DNA from: a virus
Length of the DNA: 64,000 nucleotides
IMG/VR virus record: IMGVR_UViG_3300010354_000060
Span: 18,540 to 82,539 of that record
Direction: 5' to 3' (one strand)
Shown: one piece after another, positions 46,937-56,585 of the stretch
Numbering within the stretch: the first letter of the stretch is position 1
How the letters are laid out: the number at the start of each line of letters is the position of its first letter
Translations under genes and position numbers: made by a program
The notes under the pieces: model-generated
The model's input: the letters and a program-made list of their open reading frames with translations, nothing else
What the model was told of the DNA's origin: nothing
Databases searched by the model: none

Positions 46937-48100
46937 TTATTTTTGAACCGAATCAAGAAATCCTGATACCTTTTTAGTTCCATTATTTGATTTTAATGCC
47001 TCACCCATCAATTCGTCAACTGCACTTTTCTTTTTTGGTGCTGCTGTTGATACATCAGTTGCCCCAGTAAACTGAGGAGATTGTGTCATCTGAGCTGGGG
47101 GCATACCACAACCCTGATTTTGCTGTTCCATTGAAGGAAGAACAATGTTCTCATTCTTCTTTACAAAATACTTATTCATCAATTTATCAACAGACTGAAC
47201 GATAACATCTTCAATCTTATCATTCATTGCCATGATGCCATCATTCACTCTTTGAGTAACCTCATCCATAGTAATACGAATGGGATCATAAATCCTCATC
47301 CCTTCGCCCATGTCAAGAACTTCAAACTTATCATAGTTAGGATAACTAATATTTTCTTTACATGTAGCACCAACCACAACTACAGCAGGAACTTCAAAAG
47401 AGTATGCCATATGCTGACCGACAGAATCGCATCCTAAGAATAGATCCGATTCACTAATGATACCAGCCCATTGGCGAAGATCAATACCACGAGGAGCAGC
47501 AACAGGATCTTTACATCCTTCTTTTTGGAAATCAAGATCAATTTCGCCCATGTAGATTACAGCATACTTACGCTGAAGTTTCTTGATGATATTAATTACA
47601 TTCATCAATTCAAAACTTCTGCCACTGGAATCAGTAACAAAGTTACCAACTACCTGTGTCCCACGACCAAATGGTTGGAATACAACTACTTTATCTTTCT
47701 TTGTTTTTTGTCTTACGTCTTCAAGGACAAACTTACCATGGATCATTTCCTGTCTGGAAAGTTTAATAGTTGGTTTTGAAAGGTCTCTAATACCCTTACC
47801 ATTGATCTGAATATCAAAAGCCTGAGATAGGTTACACTTTTGATTATAATATTCCCAAATACGATATGGTTCTGTCGTAACAATATCCATATCCTTCAGT
47901 TTATCTCTGAAGAGATTCTTATGCCAGTGGTCGTAAACTCTGGGATAAAGTGATGGATGACCTTTGAAGAAGTCTGTTCCGCCCTCGCAGACAATCAGGA
48001 AATCTTCATCAGGATTTTCTTCTTGATATTTTTCAAATGCTGGAATAGAGCAAACTACACGCCCTGCGCCACCATTCACAAAAAATGCTTTTGGTCTCAT
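46937..48100 (-). CDS. GT-B glycosyltransferase, GT9/heptosyltransferase-like
   Basis: GGAGRV..SIP at the N-terminus; LRQWAGII..SDLFLGCDSVGQHMA..F.VP.VVV.G resembles the GT9 'D(S/T)G..H.A' motif. Confidence 0.7.
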   Translation of the reverse strand: MRPKAFFVNGGAGRVVCSIPAFEKYQEENPDEDFLIVCEGGTDFFKGHPSLYPRVYDHWHKNLFRDKLKDMDIVTTEPYRIWEYYNQKCNLSQAFDIQINGKGIRDLSKPTIKLSRQEMIHGKFVLEDVRQKTKKDKVVVFQPFGRGTQVVGNFVTDSSGRSFELMNVINIIKKLQRKYAVIYMGEIDLDFQKEGCKDPVAAPRGIDLRQWAGIISESDLFLGCDSVGQHMAYSFEVPAVVVVGATCKENISYPNYDKFEVLDMGEGMRIYDPIRITMDEVTQRVNDGIMAMNDKIEDVIVQSVDKLMNKYFVKKNENIVLPSMEQQNQGCGMPPAQMTQSPQFTGATDVSTAAPKKKSAVDELMGEALKSNNGTKKVSGFLDSVQK

Positions 48101-48139
48101 ACTCGCCTCAAAGGGGATAATGTTTTAATTATACGTTGC

Positions 48140-48147
48140 TATTTAGC
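48140..48147 (-). promoter_or_regulatory. Late promoter variant (GCTAAATA) for the glycosylation operon
   Basis: Directly downstream of the terminator, about 40 nt before the glycosyltransferase ATG. Confidence 0.5.
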
Positions 48148-48177
48148 AAAAGTAAAGGGGGTCATTTCTGACCCCCT
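48148..48177 (-). terminator. Rho-independent terminator
   Basis: AGGGGGTCA-GAAA-TGACCCCCT then TTACTTTT. Confidence 0.85.
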
Positions 48178-48199
48178 CGGTAGTATTATCTACACTCTA

Positions 48200-49072
48200 T
48201 CAGGTAGTGGCAACACCAACCTTGAATTTTTCTGGTGGCTCTGGAGCAATTTTTTCCTCGTCGGTCAATTCTGCTTCAGCAAGTGCTTCCCAATCATAAC
48301 CAGTCTTAACTGGAGCTGGTTCCTCAGCAGTTACAGCAGATTCAAAGGGGACTGTTGGAGGAAGAATTTCAGTTTCGGGAACCAATCCACCTCTTTCTGC
48401 AGTCCATGCATCATCATATCTTGGGTCAGTTGGAAATGGAACCATCCAAGGAGTATCCATATAGTCTGCAAACTTTGTAGGAACATTTTCAAATTCATTA
48501 ACAAAATCAGACCACTTTTTCTTTTGAGTGGAAGTAAATACTGAAGTATCCACTTCACCCATCAAGTTCGAGAGATTGGTAAATGCAGACTCAAATACCT
48601 CTCTAGTAATATGAGGAGTTTTCCAAGGAAATGGTCTCTTCCAATCATTCGCTTCAAAATCCCACTCACAATCTGCAACTTCAATTGTATGATTTGGTAG
48701 GGTAGGATCTGGTCTACTATAAAAAACTTCTCCGCCAGGAGTTAATCTATACTCTTTTTGTGGCTCATCAGATGCTACTCTGGTCTGAACAATTGCCGAA
48801 AGTAAAATCGGATCCTTAGAGAATTCAATTGGGGCATGATATGCATCAAGACCACTCACAATATCCATATTTGCATCATTTTCTTCCTGAGTTAAGGAAT
48901 CATCATGATCTCTATAACTCCAGGAAGGAATTATCTTACCATCTTTATCAACAAATACATAGACTTTTTCGGGACCTTCATATTCCCATTCACCAATTAA
49001 ACCCAAATCAGTTGTCTGTGCCAGATACTCATCTGGCAAAGGATATGTAAATTTCTGTTTGATGTTAGCCAT
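48200..49072 (-). CDS. Putative tail fibre assembly chaperone-like protein
   Basis: Acidic; C-terminal KKW..F...P......PW.VPFP.DP resembles phage tail assembly chaperones; follows the adhesin trio. Confidence 0.45.
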   Translation of the reverse strand: MANIKQKFTYPLPDEYLAQTTDLGLIGEWEYEGPEKVYVFVDKDGKIIPSWSYRDHDDSLTQEENDANMDIVSGLDAYHAPIEFSKDPILLSAIVQTRVASDEPQKEYRLTPGGEVFYSRPDPTLPNHTIEVADCEWDFEANDWKRPFPWKTPHITREVFESAFTNLSNLMGEVDTSVFTSTQKKKWSDFVNEFENVPTKFADYMDTPWMVPFPTDPRYDDAWTAERGGLVPETEILPPTVPFESAVTAEEPAPVKTGYDWEALAEAELTDEEKIAPEPPEKFKVGVATT

Positions 49073-49115
49073 TTTAAAAAGTAACTCCTAACTTGGAATA
49101 TTTATTAATATGATT

Positions 49116-50072
49116 TTATACGTATCTAACGGTTACACGTACTGCACCCGCCCATCCTTGAGTTCCACAGCAGCAGCTGCCACCACAAACGTGTGCGGAT
49201 ACACCAGCCAACCCAGGAACATAAGAGTTCTGATCGGACTGAGCAGAAAATCCTAATTCTCCAGCAGCAGAGCACTGGGCAAAGTATCCACAACTTGAGT
49301 TTTCACATACGTCTTGAACCAAGTATCCACCTTGCTGATTAACAAGTCCACCAGAATAAGGAATATAATACTTATTCCAGCATCTTCTTTCGTGGCAAGC
49401 AAGTTGATATGCTCCAGGAAGTCCATATGCACCACCATCAGCACCATAATAAAGGGAGCAGCATCCAACACAAGAAGTATTAAATCCTACAATATCTCTG
49501 TTTCCACCAAAACCTTCGGTTGCGCCAATAGCAGTCTTAAAGTGGCAACGCTGCCAGAATTGGCATTGGCAGAAAGAACATCCCTTAACACCACCTTCAG
49601 CACAGAAGTTGGTAAGTCCAATTCCTGTTACATAAGTCTTACAACCATCAATTCCAGTCGGTCCAGGATTTCTACATGTCATAGAACCAATACAGAAGTT
49701 GTAGACAGTTCCTGAAGTAACTCCAATAACAGTCTTATAGGCATAAGCACCAGCGCCAGCAGGAATACCATAAGCACAGCAGCAAGCGCCAGCTCCACCA
49801 CCACCAGAACCCCAAATCTCAAAAGTAACAACAGTTGTCCCTGTTCCAGGATATGAAGGTACTTTCCAGCAACAGTAACTATAGTTATTGTAACCTGAAG
49901 TATAATCTCCAGCAGGAGCCTGGCAGCAAGTTAGTTCTGTGCTATCACAGGTTCCACACATATGTGCGGAAAACCAAGTTACCTGACCGTCCCTAAGTCT
50001 ACCAATACCACCAGAGTGAATACCTGTAAAATTAGTGTCTGAAGATCCCAATAGAGTTCTTAGGTTTGCCAT
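49116..50072 (-). CDS. Cys/Gly-rich gp38-like adhesin paralogue 3
   Basis: FEIWGSGGGGAGACCC, GAGAYAYK, GLTNFCAEGG; 29 Cys in 318 aa by hand count. Confidence 0.65.
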   Translation of the reverse strand: MANLRTLLGSSDTNFTGIHSGGIGRLRDGQVTWFSAHMCGTCDSTELTCCQAPAGDYTSGYNNYSYCCWKVPSYPGTGTTVVTFEIWGSGGGGAGACCCAYGIPAGAGAYAYKTVIGVTSGTVYNFCIGSMTCRNPGPTGIDGCKTYVTGIGLTNFCAEGGVKGCSFCQCQFWQRCHFKTAIGATEGFGGNRDIVGFNTSCVGCCSLYYGADGGAYGLPGAYQLACHERRCWNKYYIPYSGGLVNQQGGYLVQDVCENSSCGYFAQCSAAGELGFSAQSDQNSYVPGLAGVSAHVCGGSCCCGTQGWAGAVRVTVRYV

Positions 50073-50099
50073 TTCTTAAATATCCCTGTTAATGATTAT

Positions 50100-51059
50100 T
50101 TATCTGTAAGTGATTCTAATAAGACCAGCATTACCACGCGACCCATTGCAACACCCACCAGCACAAGAAGTTGAAGAAGGAACACCAGCACCTCTCATTC
50201 CACCACTACAATCTGGGTTACCAGGCCATTCTCCCTGCACACATTGTGCTCTTTGGTTGAGACAGGCATTACCAGTGTTTCTAGTAATTACATATCTTGT
50301 TTGAGTGTCTCTGAAACCACCTGGTTGAGGAATACCCAATCTTACGAAACACCAGTTATTGCAGATACAATCTACACGGAACCAACCAGGTTTTCCAGGA
50401 ACACCATAATCAGCACCATAATAGCAAGCACAATCACAACGATAGCAACTACCAGAAATTGGATCAAGCGTATAGCAACCACCAGAATTTTGTGCGCTTT
50501 GTCCGCCACCACCAGGTCCCCAAGTACCAGTTAGGTTTGCACCAAACTGATCAGTATAGATATAGCAACAAGTTCTACCAGGCATTCCACCTTCAGCACA
50601 GAAGTTGGTAAGTCCACATCCAGTAATCCATGTCTTACAACCCTGAAGTCCTACGCAACAAGCAGAGCAGCAAGTAGGAGGAGCAATACAAAGAAGGTAG
50701 CACATGCCACCAAGAGTATCAAGACCTAAATCACATGCACAAAGTGTCTTCATTGCATAAGCACCAGCACCACTAGGAGAACCTTGTTGGCAGCAGCAAG
50801 AACCAGCTCCACCACCACCGCCTCCCCAGATTTCAAACTGGACAGTAGTTACTCCAGGATATACACAATATCCCATGCACCATTGACGATAAGTTGTATC
50901 ACAATTATCCATCCAGCAGTGACCTGAATAGAAGTTTGTGTAACCATCTACAAGGGTGTTACCCCATCCACTGCCCCATTGGGTGGATTGATATCCACAA
51001 GTACGTTTCTGGAGTTCAGTTTGAGTTTCAGTATTTAGAAGTTTTCTTAAATCTGACAT
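50100..51059 (-). CDS. Cys/Gly-rich gp38-like adhesin paralogue 2
   Basis: FEIWGGGGGGAGSCCC, GAGAYAMK, GLTNFCAEGG; 35 Cys in 319 aa by hand count. Confidence 0.65.
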   Translation of the reverse strand: MSDLRKLLNTETQTELQKRTCGYQSTQWGSGWGNTLVDGYTNFYSGHCWMDNCDTTYRQWCMGYCVYPGVTTVQFEIWGGGGGGAGSCCCQQGSPSGAGAYAMKTLCACDLGLDTLGGMCYLLCIAPPTCCSACCVGLQGCKTWITGCGLTNFCAEGGMPGRTCCYIYTDQFGANLTGTWGPGGGGQSAQNSGGCYTLDPISGSCYRCDCACYYGADYGVPGKPGWFRVDCICNNWCFVRLGIPQPGGFRDTQTRYVITRNTGNACLNQRAQCVQGEWPGNPDCSGGMRGAGVPSSTSCAGGCCNGSRGNAGLIRITYR

Positions 51060-51070
51060 TATTCTTCTCC

Positions 51071-52258
51071 TTAACCGTAAGTAATGATAACTTGACCTGG
51101 GTGACCATACCCACCACAGTAGCAGTTTCCACCAGTTGAAGCGGATGTCAACCCTCCCATTCCAGGAATTCCATGATCCCTATTAGAACCATTATACCCA
51201 AAGAAATTATTAGTTCTATTTGGTTGACCAGTAGGGCCACTTTGGTTCATAGATGTAAGTCTATAAGGAATCCAACCACCATTAGTATTAATCAGTCCAC
51301 CAGGGTATGGTGAATACTGAAGAATCATACAGAAGTCACCCATATCCATGTTACATGGAGTACCAACCCATCCAGGAAGTCCAATAGCGCCACCATCTGC
51401 ACCAAAGTAAGGAGCACACATTGGAACACAGCTCTGGCAGAGTCCGCCATAGCAAGGATTAACCGCATGTCCGTATGAAACTCTCTTTCCACATGATCCA
51501 AATGTGTTTCCAATACCAATCAGGTCATAATAACCAGTAATAACACCATCACATGCATAGATGTTACCTGATCCACAATTATTATTCTTTAATTTCTTAA
51601 ATAGATCAAAGCAATCTCTAACTCCCTGACCCCATGGACCAGGAGCAATATCTGAACAACCCCAATAGCAATACCAACACCAAGCAGCTGTCGTATACTG
51701 ACATGATCCATTGAATCTATATCCTTCGGCACATGAAGGTTCATAGCAACACATGCAAGACTGTGGGAAGCTACAATGGCAGGATGTATATCCAGGTGCT
51801 CCACCCTCTGCACAGAAGTTATCTAAACCATGCCCATTAATAAAAGTCTTACATCCACGATATCCATAACTATCTGGACTGACGCAGGATCCACCACCAA
51901 CACAAAATTCATATTGGCATCCACCTAAGTCATATCCAGTACAAATACACTTATATGCATAAGCACCTGCGCCACCAGGTTGACCAAACATACAGCAGCA
52001 TGTTCCTGCACCACTTCCACCACCACCCCAAATTTCAAACTTAATAAAAGTCGTTCCAGTGGGTGGTTTCCATACGTAACATTCAAAATGCCCCTGTGAA
52101 GTGGATTGATAACAACGGTTACGATACTTAATCTGCTTATAGGCAGATCCTGGAAATCCTGGTGGATTTGCAGTCGCAATGCCTACCGCAGCAAGTGTTT
52201 GGGAAGTTTGAATCCCAGATCGATTAGTACTATCAATTAAATCTCTTAGGTTAGCCAT
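51071..52258 (-). CDS. Cys/Gly-rich gp38-like adhesin paralogue 1
   Basis: FEIWGGGGSGAGTCCC, GAGAYAYK, GLDNFCAEGG; 34 Cys in 395 aa by hand count. Confidence 0.65.
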   Translation of the reverse strand: MANLRDLIDSTNRSGIQTSQTLAAVGIATANPPGFPGSAYKQIKYRNRCYQSTSQGHFECYVWKPPTGTTFIKFEIWGGGGSGAGTCCCMFGQPGGAGAYAYKCICTGYDLGGCQYEFCVGGGSCVSPDSYGYRGCKTFINGHGLDNFCAEGGAPGYTSCHCSFPQSCMCCYEPSCAEGYRFNGSCQYTTAAWCWYCYWGCSDIAPGPWGQGVRDCFDLFKKLKNNNCGSGNIYACDGVITGYYDLIGIGNTFGSCGKRVSYGHAVNPCYGGLCQSCVPMCAPYFGADGGAIGLPGWVGTPCNMDMGDFCMILQYSPYPGGLINTNGGWIPYRLTSMNQSGPTGQPNRTNNFFGYNGSNRDHGIPGMGGLTSASTGGNCYCGGYGHPGQVIITYG

Positions 52259-52292
52259 AGGTTACTCCTGCGTATATCATTCTTTCCTCTAA

Positions 52293-52631
52293 TTATGAGT
52301 TGAGGAGAACCCATCCAAAAGTAGATCCGCTGTAAAGAAGTTCTACTGAGTTGTTAGGTACGTTAAGAACAAGATTTTCGTTCAAGTTAGCAATCTTTGT
52401 CGTGGCAGTAGTGACTCCAACGGTTACAGGGTTAGTTCCCCAGGTACCAGCAGGATCAACAATTGAAATTCTGTCTCCAACATTTACATCGCCAACTGAA
52501 GGAATGTTCAGTGTGACTGCACCCGATGTAGTGTTTACAAGATAGGTTTTACCAGCGGAAGCGGTGTAAGGCGTAGAAGATACGTTTACAACTTCTGAGG
52601 TAAAAGTAGAAGCGGAAATAAAGCGTCCCAT
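52293..52631 (-). CDS. Small tail fibre protein (single gp34-like repeat)
   Basis: YLVNTTSGAVTLNIP..VGDRISIVD..GTW.TNPVTV..ELLY..GW. Confidence 0.6.
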   Translation of the reverse strand: MGRFISASTFTSEVVNVSSTPYTASAGKTYLVNTTSGAVTLNIPSVGDVNVGDRISIVDPAGTWGTNPVTVGVTTATTKIANLNENLVLNVPNNSVELLYSGSTFGWVLLNS

Positions 52632-52647
52632 TTTCGTTAATTACTCC

Positions 52648-52965
52648 TTATACTGATTGTTCTACACCGTAAACGTTAACGCTTACGTTTGTTGAGTTTG
52701 AATATGCGATGACTCTTCTACCAGCTTCAATAACCAAACCTGTTCTTTCCAATACGCCGTTTGGTGCGATGAAAGAATCATATTCAATATACTCAGCGGT
52801 TGTAGGCGCTGAAGTAGCAGCAAGTGCTACTCGCACTGCAACATCAGATGCGTTTCTATTTGAAACGTTAACATTAACGTATGCAAGAGTGCTGGAAGGC
52901 ACCGTATATACTGTTGTGTTTGTTGTAGATGCAAGAGATACTTGCCCTAATACTCCAGAAGCCAT
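52648..52965 (-). CDS. Small beta-sandwich fibre adaptor protein
   Basis: TTVYTVP..VNVSNR..VRVA..EYIEYD..VLERTGLV..NVYGVE. Confidence 0.6.
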   Translation of the reverse strand: MASGVLGQVSLASTTNTTVYTVPSSTLAYVNVNVSNRNASDVAVRVALAATSAPTTAEYIEYDSFIAPNGVLERTGLVIEAGRRVIAYSNSTNVSVNVYGVEQSV

Positions 52966-53003
52966 TTAACTCCCCCAATTTAAATTGAAATCATTTATAT
53001 GTT

Positions 53004-53011
53004 TATTTATA
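53004..53011 (-). promoter_or_regulatory. T4 late promoter TATAAATA
   Basis: Perfect consensus upstream of the adaptor/adhesin operon. Confidence 0.7.
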
Positions 53012-53028
53012 ATCTACTCAAAGTTAGC

Positions 53029-56000
53029 TCAAGAGGATGCTAACCAGTATGCGAATGGTCTTGACTTAAGAATTGAAGTATCAACATAAGTCTTGACTGC
53101 TGCCTGTGTGGCAACCTTTTCATTACTATTCTGAGACAGAGTTCCGTCAACAGAGAATTCATTAATTTGAGCACCTAACTGAGCACCAATGGAACCCAGT
53201 CTCAAGGATGTCAGACCTGACAAGTCAAACGCAGAAGCGTTCAGAGTTGCGCTACCAGTTGCCTGGTTAACACGGAAATACTTACCAACACGGAAGTTAC
53301 CATTCTGGTCTGTGGATACGTAATAAACACGACCAGGATAGGTCTCATTAACTTCCCTTGAAGGAATAGGAGCAGAAAGCGGCGTAGAAGGCCAGTTAGT
53401 ATTTGCCTTATTACCAGTACCAAGTTGTAGGAAGTCGTGACCTGTTAAACGAACCTGAGAATATAGGTATCTAACTTTCAAGGTCTGTTCATCAAATGCA
53501 TAATTTGGTTTTTCATCGGCAAGAACAACAATCAAAATACCAGTAGTATCAGGACGAATTGCAGTTATTCTTACAATTTCATTATCAATTCTTACAAAAT
53601 TAGTAGTCGTGAATCCTGAAGTTGAGGTAACTCTCATTTGTGTGGAGATACCTGTAAAGTCCTTCAGTGTTTCAGGAGCCAATGTATTTGGGAATCCAAT
53701 AGCAGTGATTGCAGCACCAGCAGACACACCAGAAGCAGTTGTTCCTTCGGATGCTCTGGTAACATTAATCTGAGTTCCACCAGTGAAGCTATTGATAAGC
53801 ATCAATTCTCCACTTGGAGAAAGAACATAACCACCTTGTTGGAATCCACCAGTAGAAGATACTGGAATTGCAGTATCACCAGCACCAACTGCACCCGAAA
53901 GTGTTGTCGTGTTTGCAGTAAATGGCAGGTTCTTCATAACCTTAATGCCACCAGTATGACCTGCAGCAACTGTAGTTAATTGACCTCTTTGAATGTCAAT
54001 TGAACCTCTTCCATCTGGACCAGTATAAGAAGTTGACTGAATAACATATGAGAAAGGATCTGCACCAGTAATTGTAGTTCCAATACCAGATAAAGTACCA
54101 CCATATCCATTACCTGTAACGAATTCAACACTACCACCTTCATATACCTGAGATGTAGTAAGTCCCGATGTAATCAGAGTAAATCCTTTCTGACCTCTGT
54201 TTGCATCAGTATTATTCGTTAAGTTAGCAGTTGTTCCACTGGTTAAACCACGAATTTCTTCATTTTGAAGGAATCCAGAGCTGATACCAACGTTTGGACC
54301 CTTAGTAACAAGAGTATAATAGATTACAGCAGATGAAGTTTGAACCGAATTAATAATACCAATAGCCCCTGATGTGGCACCACGAACTCTCTCATACTGA
54401 ACGAATCCAGGTGAAGTTAAAGTCTCAACATTATACTTTAAGACAAGTCCTTCAACTTTACCCGTTGCAGGTACTTCTGCCTGGTTATATCCAGAAGAAA
54501 CGATACCATAGTTACCCCAAGAACTGTTACCAGCAAGAGATCTAATTCTACCACCACGAGTTGAAGTATAAGAAATATGGTTATAATAAGTAAAGCAAGA
54601 AACCATTTCTGCCGCACCATTATTCGTTACCCAGAAGGCAACACCATCATCATTGATATTCGTCCAAGAGTCAAAAACAATAGATTTATTAGATTTTACA
54701 GGACCAGCATCATACTGATCATGAGTTTTACCATCAACAATTGCTCCAACTCCACCAGTGGAGATTATGGAACAGTTTGAAACGTATGGCGATTTCGTGA
54801 TTGGAGAAGAAGGATTCAGTCTTACCGCTACACCTTTAACAGTGGCATTATTCATGTCACTGGAAGGTGCCGTAAAGGTAAGAGGAGTTGATCCAACTGT
54901 CTGAGAAATATCAACTTCTACTTGAGTCGTACTAATAAAGTTAACAACCTTACTTCCAGGAGAAACTCCAGACCCAGAAACAGTTGTTCCAACAAGATCA
55001 GGATATAATCCAGTAGAAGTAAGAATTGTTCCTGAAATAGCACCAGTCTGCGTTAGAACTGCACCTGCAGGAACAAACCCAGTCAGTCCCCCCAGTAGAA
55101 CGTCCTTAAGCATCGTAGAACTGCTTAAGTAGAACATTGTGGTCTGAGCGTTAGTGCGAGTTTCAACTGCACTAATTGTTGAACCATTAGGAGCATAAGT
55201 ATCAGCAGTGGTCCATGCACCACCACTAACCTGCATAATTTCAATCTTATTCTGGAAGTAGTTTGCTTCCATGACACGAGCAACCTTAGTTCCTGCACCA
55301 TTAGCAATAGTACTTCCATATGAAATACTGCCACTAAAAGCAGTATCAATTGTCAGAATTTGGGTTTTTGAATTACCTGCTGCTGGTAGGATTTGCGAAG
55401 TTCTGAGGTTATCGCCAACAAGAGTTACATTTTCAGGAAGGATGATTGGTAATTGCTCTTCATAGGTTCCTGCTTTTACATAAATTGTAGCAGGACCAGT
55501 TGTAGCAACACCAACTGCACGGGCAATAGTAGCAAATGAATTGCTAATATTCTTACCATTATTTAAATCACTACCCTCTTCAGAAACATAGAAGACTGGG
55601 TAAGTAGTATTGTTATTCACCCATTGAGGAATACCAGTGGTTGAAACACCAAGAACCTGACCACTTGTTCCAATTGGGAGAGCAGCAGCGCCAGCACCGC
55701 TCTTATAGATCATATCGCCAGTGGCAGAAAGAACGTTCGTTGCCGAACCTTCTGTCAGTGGGTTCCAATATGTTCCAAGGGAATCTAATTCAGGTGCATG
55801 ATTAAAGTTTGTTGAAGCAACGCTAACATAACTATTACTATTTCTTGAAACAGTATCGCCAAGTTCATAGGTTGTGAGTGAACTCCAAGCACTCTTCCAC
55901 TCAAAACCTTTAACAATCAGATCCCAAGCAGTTCCATATCCTACTGCAACAGGACTGGTTGTTTGTGCAGCACCTGCAACAGGAATATTTTGCTTGGCAA

Positions 56001-56571
56001 CGTATGAATATCCACCAAATCTTACAACGTCACCAGGAATATATGAACGAGTTGTGCTCCATGCACCAACAAACGTAAATCCTGTTGTTAAAGTATCCCA
56101 ATCAGATGCATTTGAACTGGGAGCACTGTTAGTATTGGTAGTTTTTGAGATGTAGTTGTATCCACCATATGAAACAACGTCACCAACTTGATAGCTGGTT
56201 CCAGAATTCCACGCTGATTCAAAGTTAAAACCACCAAAGTAAGGAGTCATATTGGTGGCACTGAAGCTTCCACCAGATGTGAATCCTGTAGTTACTCTAT
56301 ATTGAGTATTACCATACTTAAGAATATCATTAATTTTATAGAAAGTAGCAGAAGTCCAATCTCCTACGTTTCTAATACCTTCTACGTGCAGAGACCATTT
56401 GGAAAGATCTGTTCCATACCAACTTGACTCTGATGATACTGAGGTATGATTTGTGGTACAAACATAAGTATTCGCACCAAATTTAACTATATCATCAATA
56501 ACATAAGCAGTGGTACCTGCCCAGTTACCTCTCCAGTTAAATTTTAATCTGCCTAGTCTAAAATCAGCCAT
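53029..56571 (-). CDS. Tail fibre/spike with N-terminal carbohydrate-binding repeats and pectin-lyase-like region
   Basis: Five W...T.Y..(G/D)D.V.(Y/F)G...Y repeats (CBM5/12-like), then FYVSEEGSD.N.G..FATI..IYVKAGTY.E.LP; ends VATQAAVKTYVD. Confidence 0.7.
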   Translation of the reverse strand: MADFRLGRLKFNWRGNWAGTTAYVIDDIVKFGANTYVCTTNHTSVSSESSWYGTDLSKWSLHVEGIRNVGDWTSATFYKINDILKYGNTQYRVTTGFTSGGSFSATNMTPYFGGFNFESAWNSGTSYQVGDVVSYGGYNYISKTTNTNSAPSSNASDWDTLTTGFTFVGAWSTTRSYIPGDVVRFGGYSYVAKQNIPVAGAAQTTSPVAVGYGTAWDLIVKGFEWKSAWSSLTTYELGDTVSRNSNSYVSVASTNFNHAPELDSLGTYWNPLTEGSATNVLSATGDMIYKSGAGAAALPIGTSGQVLGVSTTGIPQWVNNNTTYPVFYVSEEGSDLNNGKNISNSFATIARAVGVATTGPATIYVKAGTYEEQLPIILPENVTLVGDNLRTSQILPAAGNSKTQILTIDTAFSGSISYGSTIANGAGTKVARVMEANYFQNKIEIMQVSGGAWTTADTYAPNGSTISAVETRTNAQTTMFYLSSSTMLKDVLLGGLTGFVPAGAVLTQTGAISGTILTSTGLYPDLVGTTVSGSGVSPGSKVVNFISTTQVEVDISQTVGSTPLTFTAPSSDMNNATVKGVAVRLNPSSPITKSPYVSNCSIISTGGVGAIVDGKTHDQYDAGPVKSNKSIVFDSWTNINDDGVAFWVTNNGAAEMVSCFTYYNHISYTSTRGGRIRSLAGNSSWGNYGIVSSGYNQAEVPATGKVEGLVLKYNVETLTSPGFVQYERVRGATSGAIGIINSVQTSSAVIYYTLVTKGPNVGISSGFLQNEEIRGLTSGTTANLTNNTDANRGQKGFTLITSGLTTSQVYEGGSVEFVTGNGYGGTLSGIGTTITGADPFSYVIQSTSYTGPDGRGSIDIQRGQLTTVAAGHTGGIKVMKNLPFTANTTTLSGAVGAGDTAIPVSSTGGFQQGGYVLSPSGELMLINSFTGGTQINVTRASEGTTASGVSAGAAITAIGFPNTLAPETLKDFTGISTQMRVTSTSGFTTTNFVRIDNEIVRITAIRPDTTGILIVVLADEKPNYAFDEQTLKVRYLYSQVRLTGHDFLQLGTGNKANTNWPSTPLSAPIPSREVNETYPGRVYYVSTDQNGNFRVGKYFRVNQATGSATLNASAFDLSGLTSLRLGSIGAQLGAQINEFSVDGTLSQNSNEKVATQAAVKTYVDTSILKSRPFAYWLASS

Positions 56572-56585
56572 TTTGTTTTAATTCC

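Noticed and set aside
45235-48100. DNA hypermodification role for the carbamoyltransferase and glycosyltransferase
   Set aside because: No hydroxymethylase, TET-like or methyltransferase partner nearby, and the context is late tail-fibre genes. Less likely, not excluded.
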